Assembly (NCBI GenBank): GCA_963693365.1
Contig: CAVNZM010000015.1
Coordinates: 2,790,001 to 2,854,000 of the forward strand
Direction of reading: 5' to 3'
DNA: 64,000 nt
Source of the DNA: Amoebidium appalachense
Lineage: Eukaryota > Protista > Ichthyosporea
Both the position numbers and the translations under genes were made by a program. Of the stretch, positions 1 through 64,000 are shown one piece after another. Positions within the stretch are counted from its first letter, which is position 1; each line of letters begins with the position of its first letter. The notes below the pieces were generated by a model. That model did not search any database, had not been told where the DNA came from, and saw nothing but the letters and a program-made list of their open reading frames with translations.

Positions 1-101
1 TGGAGTTGTTGGTGGATTTTCTTGATCGGGTGGTATGGATATATAGGTTGATAACTGAAGTTAGAGCGGGATTCACACTCACCATTTTAACCCCCCCCCA
101 G

Positions 102-55805
<55,704 letters not shown>

Positions 55806-56801
55806 GAAAGGGAATGTAAAGAGAGCTTTTAAAGGTTGTTTTCTCACCCAAACTGGTGTTTATGCATGGGCACTCACACACGCAACCACACACACACACA
55901 CTGACTCAATCGCTTACTTACAACAACGCACGCAAACGCATACATATGTAAATGTGCACGCATAGATGCATTGGCAAAGACGCACGTGCGCACACGCATT
56001 GAAGGGGCATTGTTTGCAATGGCTTCCAGCTCTGGCTTTACTTGCAAGTTGTTTGAGAAAGAATGTCTGTAGTTCGGAAAGTTTTAGAATGGTGCATGTT
56101 TTTTTGGGATTTATTGCTAGCATTATATGGACGTCATCGTGTTTACCATCGTTGTACACAGAGCTACCTGAGGCCAAATACCGTTTTACCACTTGTATGT
56201 AGCATAGATAGTCAACACATCAAGTGCTCTAGTTGCCTGCCTCTCTCTTCCCTTCTCCCCCCCCCCCCCCCCCCCCCCACCACCACCACCACCACCACCA
56301 CCACCACCACCCCACTCTCTGTCTTTCCCACACACACACTCTCTCTCTCCCCCCCACTCCCTCTCTCTCCCCCTTTCTCCCCCCTCCCTCTCTCTCTCGT
56401 TCCCCCTCCCCCCTCTCCTCTCTTTCCCTCTCAGAAATTCACTTTTCCCACTCTCTCTCTCTTATTTATTTTTTTTGTGGTGATGGTGGTGGGGTAGGGG
56501 GGGGGGGGGGGGGGGGGGATTTGACCGTGTAAATCTGTGCATTCATCCCCCCGGGGGGGGGGGGGGGGGGGGGGATTTGACCGTGTAAATCTGTGCATTC
56601 ATCCCCCCGAGGGGGGGGGGGGATTATCCGTAATTTTTGCATACATGTACACACGTTCGTATGGCCCCTACTACTGGCACTGCAGTGCTGTTGAAATGGA
56701 ATTCTATTAATTAAAGTTCTTCCCGCGGGCCACCGATACCCGGATACGAATAATCGGTGTGAGCAAAATGAAGAGGGCAGTATACGGAGACTTTGGCAGG
56801 G

Positions 56802-56834
<33 letters not shown>

Positions 56835-56848
56835 TGGTGGTGGTGGTT

Positions 56849-56904
<56 letters not shown>

Positions 56905-58216
56905 TGTGCTGTTTATTATCGACATGTAGGTGAGCTGTGATGAATTGTCGGCACCAAGGCCAACAGTACTTCCACCCAACAAATTATACATGTAGAAATC
57001 AATGTTACACTTCCATCATACAGATTTTTAGGTGGAGATATGACGTATCAGATGGACATACGTGGAGATAAAACGCTTTTTTTTTGTTTTTTTTTCCCCT
57101 TTCTTTCTTCTTGGTACGGGACGTACCGAGTGTACATGTGCAAGGGCTCAGTCTGGAGTACTAATATTGGATCCTTCGAAGGGCCTCAACTCCAAGTCAA
57201 CAGGGATGGCGCCGGCCGCGGCACAATAGTATGGCCGCTTGACAATGTTTGACGTGACACTCAGTCCACCTAACCCCGCGCAACAAAAAAAAATTGGTAT
57301 GCACATGTCACGTTAAGATTTTAAAGGGCACGACATGCCCAGCGAAATCGATAAACAATGTTATCCGGTGCCTTAACTTTCTTTCGGAGCTACCGATGCT
57401 AGCCTCTGCTTACCCATAATATGTAATGCTATGTAATAGGGGTGTCATATACTACGATGGCGCTCATTGTTGCCTAGCATGTACATATGTCACTGGCTGC
57501 AATTGATTGGCTGCGCTGGAAAACGCAGTAGGCCGTCGAATGTGGCTGGGCCTCCGGCAGTGTCCACGCAATAAAAAGTGTGTAAACCCCTATTGTTGCT
57601 ATCATGCTATTATAGTCAGTAATTGTGTGTTCAGTAGAGTAAATATGCGTATTTGCGGAGTACCGTCGTTGTGTGTGTTATTCAAGGCCACGTATTACGT
57701 GCAAGCACTGGCCGTTAAACGTGGCAACACGAGCGGGCAACGTACTGTACGTGTATAAGCGAAGGTTGTGTACTGTGAACCGCTGATAAGGATCAGTCGA
57801 CTCGTTATAATTCCGCTTCCGCATGCACAATATTGCGTGCACGGCACTGTTAGTCTGTTAACTTGAAATATAAAATATATGTTTTCTAATTGAAGTATCC
57901 GCTAGTGCCTTTCTTTGGTTACCAGGCTGTGCCTGACGTATGGTTGCGTTTTTATCGCATGATTTTTGTGGTCACACCATCATCCTACGAATTCATGGCC
58001 ACGCAAAACAAGCCGGTGCTGGATGTGGCATTTCATTTAAAAACGGTAGCATTGAAATACATATTCTTAGTAGGCTTCATTTCCCCCCCTCCCCTTCTCC
58101 TGAGGTCGTCCCCTACCCCTATTTTTTTTTTTGTTGTTGTTGTTGTGCCTTTCCTGTTTTTTTGGCCCGTCAAGTTTCTTCACGAAGGCTCACGTCAAGA
58201 AAACAAAAGCCACACA

Positions 58217-58460
58217 CCAATCAAACCGTCTCTCCTCTTTGATTGGTCTACAAGGTGGTGCAACGACATCCAATCATTGCAATTCATAAACTTTAACCAA
58301 TCATATTTGTTACACTTACGAATACACTTGCCTTTTATGGTTTTGACAGATTCCGAAATGTAAAACATGCATTCCACAGGGGAACCCTTGCAGTATATAA
58401 TCAGCCTACACCAGCGTCACCAAACCAGAACAGTCGCATTCTTTTGGATTGAACTGAAAA
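58217..58460 (+). promoter_or_regulatory. Putative promoter of copy 1 with CCAAT/ATTGG cluster and TATA-like box
   Basis: Several CCAAT/ATTGG motifs; TATATAA at ~58394; sequence conserved upstream of copy 2. Confidence 0.55.
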
Positions 58461-59384
58461 ATGAAGACCGCGGTCGCTTCTCTCTTCGCCGTTGTTGCCG
58501 GCGTTAGTGCCGGCTACACCCCGTCGTTTATCACGTGCAAGGAGTCGAACGTGCAGTGCCAGTATGGCTACGACCCCCATGTGACCCGCTGCAAGCCCTG
58601 GGTCGGCTCCGACTTTGCCTGCAGCAAGATTTGCTGTGCTGGCGCCCCCCATCCTCCTCCCCCCTCCCCCCCACCCTCTCCCCCCTCGTTCATCACCTGC
58701 AAGGAGTCCAAGGTGGCCTGCAAGTACGGCTACAACCCCAAGGTGACGCGCTGCAAGCCCTGGGGTGGCTCTGAATACGCTTGCAGCAAGCTCTGCTGTG
58801 CCCCACCCCCACCCCCACCACCTTCGTTTGTGCGCTGCGACTCCAAGGAGGCCCACGCCACCTGCAGCGGATGCCCCCACGGCTACAAGACCGACCCCAA
58901 GGTTGGCGGCGTGATGCGCTGCAAGCTGTGGGCTGGCTCCACCCAGCACTGCAGCCCCCAGGTCTGCTGCAAGCCTCCTCCCCCCTCACCTCCCCCACCC
59001 AAGCCCCAGCCCCCACCCCACCCCAAGCCCCAGCCCCCCACGCCCCCGCCCAAGCCGTCGTCTCTGATTCCCTGCGACAGCACCAAGGCCAATGTGGCCT
59101 GCAAGGACGGCTATAAGCACGACCCCAAGACGCACGGGGTCATGCGCTGCAAGCTGTGGGCCGGCTCCACCGTGCACTGCTCTGCCGCCACCTGCTGCGC
59201 CCCCCCACCCCCACCCCCCAAGCCCTCCACCTACATCCGCTGTGACAAGGCCAGCCCTCCCCCCATCTGCCCGTACGGCTTCAAGAAGGACCCCAAGGAT
59301 GGCGGGGTGATGCGCTGCAAGACATGGCCCGGCTCTACCGTCGAGTGCAATGCCATCACCTGCTGCGCCCCCCAGCACTATTAA
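58461..59384 (+). CDS. Secreted Cys/Pro-rich repeat protein, 307 aa, intronless (copy 1)
   Basis: Signal-peptide-like MKTAVASLFAVVAGVSA; five repeats of C..C..G[YF]..RCKxWxGS...C...CC separated by poly-Pro linkers; mostly C/G-ending codons; AAAAATG start context. Confidence 0.9.
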   Translation: MKTAVASLFAVVAGVSAGYTPSFITCKESNVQCQYGYDPHVTRCKPWVGSDFACSKICCAGAPHPPPPSPPPSPPSFITCKESKVACKYGYNPKVTRCKPWGGSEYACSKLCCAPPPPPPPSFVRCDSKEAHATCSGCPHGYKTDPKVGGVMRCKLWAGSTQHCSPQVCCKPPPPSPPPPKPQPPPHPKPQPPTPPPKPSSLIPCDSTKANVACKDGYKHDPKTHGVMRCKLWAGSTVHCSAATCCAPPPPPPKPSTYIRCDKASPPPICPYGFKKDPKDGGVMRCKTWPGSTVECNAITCCAPQHY

Positions 59385-60454
59385 TAGCACTGTGATTATC
59401 CATGGTGCCTGTAAATAGATTGGTAACAAACAGGGACGGACACGATGCTTGACATGGCCAGCACCAACTGTACATATTGATTTGCTATAATGGCAAGCAC
59501 TTGTAAATTATATGTGACATGGGGCTCTTGTATACCTTTTCGCTGGGCGAAAGCGAATCATAACGTTCACAACACCCGAACACTGTTCCACGTGTTGAAC
59601 TGCATGCAATGTTTGGTGTATATATCAACACAGCTACGCCTACACGCATGTGCATTCAGACACTGCTTCACTGTGTTCGCACTATTGAATTTGAAGAAGC
59701 ATGCACATACTGTGACAGTGGCAAGACGTAGAACCTACATCATTAGAAATGTAGCATACATGTATGCACCACACATGAACATGCTCTGCACACACACACA
59801 CACACGCACACACAATGAGAACCAAATATTAAACAGAAAGCCGCACTCTTAAGTTGTCTTCCATCACACACATCTCAGTTTGCTTCTCTGGAGAAGGTGG
59901 ATATGACCAGAAGGGTTAAGAGGAGGGGGAAGGGGAGGGGGAGGGGGAGGGGGGAGGCAGGGGGGGGGGGGGGGGGGGACAGGTGCCCATGTATCTTTAT
60001 TCGGCAAAACAGTTACTTCTATACGTCACACCATACTCCCACAATTTGTGGGCCCACCCTTAATTGCATACTTCCTAACACTTATCTTTCTCTCGGTAAA
60101 ATTCCAAATGCTACTCCTATTAATAACACTGCTACCACTTTTATTTATGATTTTACTATAATGATTAAACTAACATCTTCGTTTTCTCCTACCCTGAGCC
60201 TACAGTTCCAAATCACAGCATCATAGTTTTGTTTCCTTCTTTTTTGCATTTTTTATTTATTTATGTGTTTTGCGTGCGTGTGTGCGTACGCGTGTGTGTG
60301 TGTGTGTGTGCGTGTGCGCGTGCGGGTGGGTGTACGTGTGAGTGTGCGTGTGTGTCGGTGTCCCTGACCGTCTGTGTGTGTGTGTGGGGGGGTGGGTGGG
60401 TGTGTGGGTGTGTGTGGGTGTGTCGGTATGGGTTGGGGTTTTGGTTGGTTGCCC

Positions 60455-60521
<67 letters not shown>

Positions 60522-61069
60522 GGGGGGGGAGGGGGGAGTGCAGATGGATATATCTCTTTATAAGGTTGCCCCTTTTAACAAAGGGGCAGGTGGAGGTTCT
60601 CCCTGTCATTTAGGTTCTTCCTATTTTTTAGGTTGCCCGTGTTATTTATGGTCTTCCCAATAAACAGGTGATCGTGGACTTTTCCTACTTTATACGGGTT
60701 TCCCCTATTATTTAGGGACTGGTAGAGTAGGTCTACCTATTATTTAGGGTTTTCCTTTTTTTAGGTGGCCCCTATTATCTAGGTTCTTCCTTCATATATA
60801 GGTGCCCGTGTATTGTTCCTTATTTCTAGGTTACCCCTACTATTTAGGGGCAGATCGAGGTCACACACTCACACACTCACACTGACGCAAAAATGCACAC
60901 ACGCAAACGAAAAACACTATGAAAGAGTTTTGATTCAAAATGGTTTCCAGATTTGACTTGACAAGCGGAGAGGTTTTGGTTGAGAAGTCTTTTAATTTTG
61001 TACATTCCTTTCTATAGAGAGTGACTTGGTTGTGGAGAAGAAAAAACAAGCACACCATTTGGCGATAGT

Positions 61070-61925
<856 letters not shown>

Positions 61926-62825
61926 TGAGATCTGTCTGTCTGTCTTTCTCTTTTGGGCTGTTCCTATGATTTCTCGCTCTCCGGGGGGTGGGGAGTGGGG
62001 TTGGGGATGGGGGGGTGTGGGTGGGGGGAGGGAAGGGGGAAGGGGGGGGGGGGGGGGGGGGGGGAGGGGGGTGATTCCGGAGGGGGGATTATCCATGATT
62101 GTAAGCCTGTACATGATTGTTTTTGACTGGTAGTACACTGCAGTGCTATTAGATTACGAAATGAACCAGATAGATGCCTGATGCACTATGAATATAATCG
62201 TTGTGAGTTAAAAAAAGGTTGAGGGAGACTCAGAGGGCCACAACATGCTTTGATTTGTACATGGTTTACCAGTACAGAGGTGTGATGGAAGGCCGGCCCA
62301 CAGTTCCCAGCACTGCTATGGCAAGCTCGTATGTATGCAACATCAAACTTGAAATGTGGCACGTCCAGCCCCGCACGCACGGTACGCGTTCACGTCCTTA
62401 ACCAGCTGTGCATTCATTCCACCTCCGGATGCATTTATGTACATACTGTTGTGTATATCTTGAATGCTAGTGAAATTCACCCTAATAATATGAACATACC
62501 CTAGTGATTTCTTTGCATTCATGTGATTTCTGACTGAAATTCTGAGGCCTTGAATTCGATGATATCATGTCGTTGTTTATTTATGTGATGTAGCACGTCC
62601 GTACCGGTTGAGCCACGGCCATGACGACAGGGCGATTCCAGATAAAAAGACGAAAAAAGCGAGATAAGATATACATTATCATACAAAACTTTTATATTCA
62701 TTTTCTTCTTCCACGGTCGTCAATTCGTTGCCCCCCTTCCGGAATTCTGAAAGAAAAGAAGTTAGGTACCACAAAGCTACGTACTTCACAGAAGTGCCGG
62801 GAAAATCCCGGACAAAAGTAAACAG

Positions 62826-63062
62826 ACCAATAACAACGCGACTTGTCTTTGATTGGTCTACAAGGTGGTGCGACTACATCCAATCACTGTAATCCATAAA
62901 CTTCAACCAATCATATTTGTTAACTTAAGAATACAGTTACCTTTTATGGTTTTGACGGATGCCAAAAAGTCAAACATGCATTCCGCAGGAGTATACAAGC
63001 AGTCCACACCATCAGCACCAAGCCAGAACAGTCGCATTAGTTTGAAGCGATTGAACCGGAAA
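62826..63062 (+). promoter_or_regulatory. Putative promoter of copy 2
   Basis: Homologous to 58217-58460; CCAAT/ATTGG motifs retained; TATA-like site reads TATACAA. Confidence 0.5.
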
Positions 63063-63990
63063 ATGAAGACCGCGTTCGCTTCTCTCTTCGCCGTTGTTGC
63101 CGGCGTCAGTGCCGGCTACACCCCGTCTTTTATCACGTGCAAGGAATCCAACGTGCAGTGCCAGTACGGCTACGACCCCCATGTGACCCGCTGCAAGCCC
63201 TGGGTCGGCTCCGACTTTGCCTGCAGCAAGATTTGCTGTGCTGGCGCCCCCCATCCTCCTCCCCCCCCTCCCACCCCACCCTCTCCCCCCTCGTTCATCA
63301 CCTGCAAGGAGTCCAAGGTGGCCTGCAAGTACGGCTACAACCCCAAAGTGACGCGCTGCAAGCCCTGGGATGGCTCTGACTACGCCTGCAGCAAGCTCTG
63401 CTGTGCCCCACCCCCACCCCCACCCCCTTCGTTTGTGCGCTGCGACTCCAAGGAGGCCCACGCCACCTGCAGCGGATGCCCCCACGGCTACAAGGCCGAC
63501 CCCAAGGTTGGCGGCGTGATGCGCTGCAAGCTGTGGGCTGGCTCCACCCAGCACTGCAGCCCCCAGGTCTGCTGCAAGCCTCCTCGCCCCCCACCTCCCC
63601 CACCAAAGCCCCAGCCCCCACCGCACCCCAAGCCCCAGCCCCCCACCCCGCCGCCCAAGCCGTCGTCTCTGATTCCCTGCGACAGTGCCAAGGCCAATGT
63701 GGCCTGCAAGGACGGCTACAAGCACGACCCCAAGACGCACGGGGTCATGCGCTGCAAGCTGTGGGCCGGCTCCACCGTGCACTGCTCTGCCGCCACCTGC
63801 TGCGCTCCCCCCACCCCCACCCCCCAAGCCCTCCACCTACATCCGCTGTGACAAGGCCAGCCCTACCCCCATCTGCCCGTACGGCTTCAAGAAGGACCCC
63901 AAGGATGGCGGGGTGATGCGCTGCAAGACATGGCCCGGCTCTACCGTCGAGTGCAACGCCATCACCTGCTGCGCCCCCCAGCACTATTAA
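63063..63990 (+). CDS. Secreted Cys/Pro-rich repeat protein (copy 2) with a +1 C in a C-run near 63807-63812
   Basis: Near-identical to 58461-59384. The C-terminus (...ITCCAPQHY*) continues in another frame (ORF 63685-63990). Likely a homopolymer error, otherwise a recent pseudogene. Confidence 0.82.
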
Positions 63991-64000
63991 CAGCATTGTG

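Noticed and set aside
60570-60850. Degenerate TTTAGG(G)-containing repeats as an interstitial telomere
   Set aside because: The units are irregular and interspersed, not a tandem telomeric array.
62853-63062. 70-aa N-terminal extension of copy 2
   Set aside because: It starts at a non-ATG codon in promoter-homologous DNA that contains a stop in copy 1. The signal peptide starts at ATG 63063.

Overview
This is eukaryotic genomic DNA, extremely rich in poly-C/poly-G and (CA)n/(CT)n tracts, so most ORFs in the track are low-complexity artefacts. Bases 102-55805 (+) hold a 5'-truncated huntingtin (HTT) orthologue. I reconstructed about 63 exons (~2,540 codons) by hand; the peptides run collinearly with human HTT (recalled from memory) from about residue 350 to the C-terminus. 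The penultimate intron has U12 (minor spliceosome) signals. The large N-HEAT disordered region appears absent, and a new S/T-P-rich insertion sits in the C-HEAT. Introns show recurring patterns: (CA)n directly before the AG, complementary G/GT versus C/CA blocks, and at least six exons whose 3' end plus donor site is duplicated downstream. Introns also hold a TTAA-flanked foldback element, a 450-bp tandem repeat with a long hairpin, and minisatellites. After HTT lie two tandem, intronless paralogues encoding a secreted protein with five Cys-rich repeats and Pro linkers. The host is probably a non-animal opisthokont such as a unicellular holozoan (inference only).
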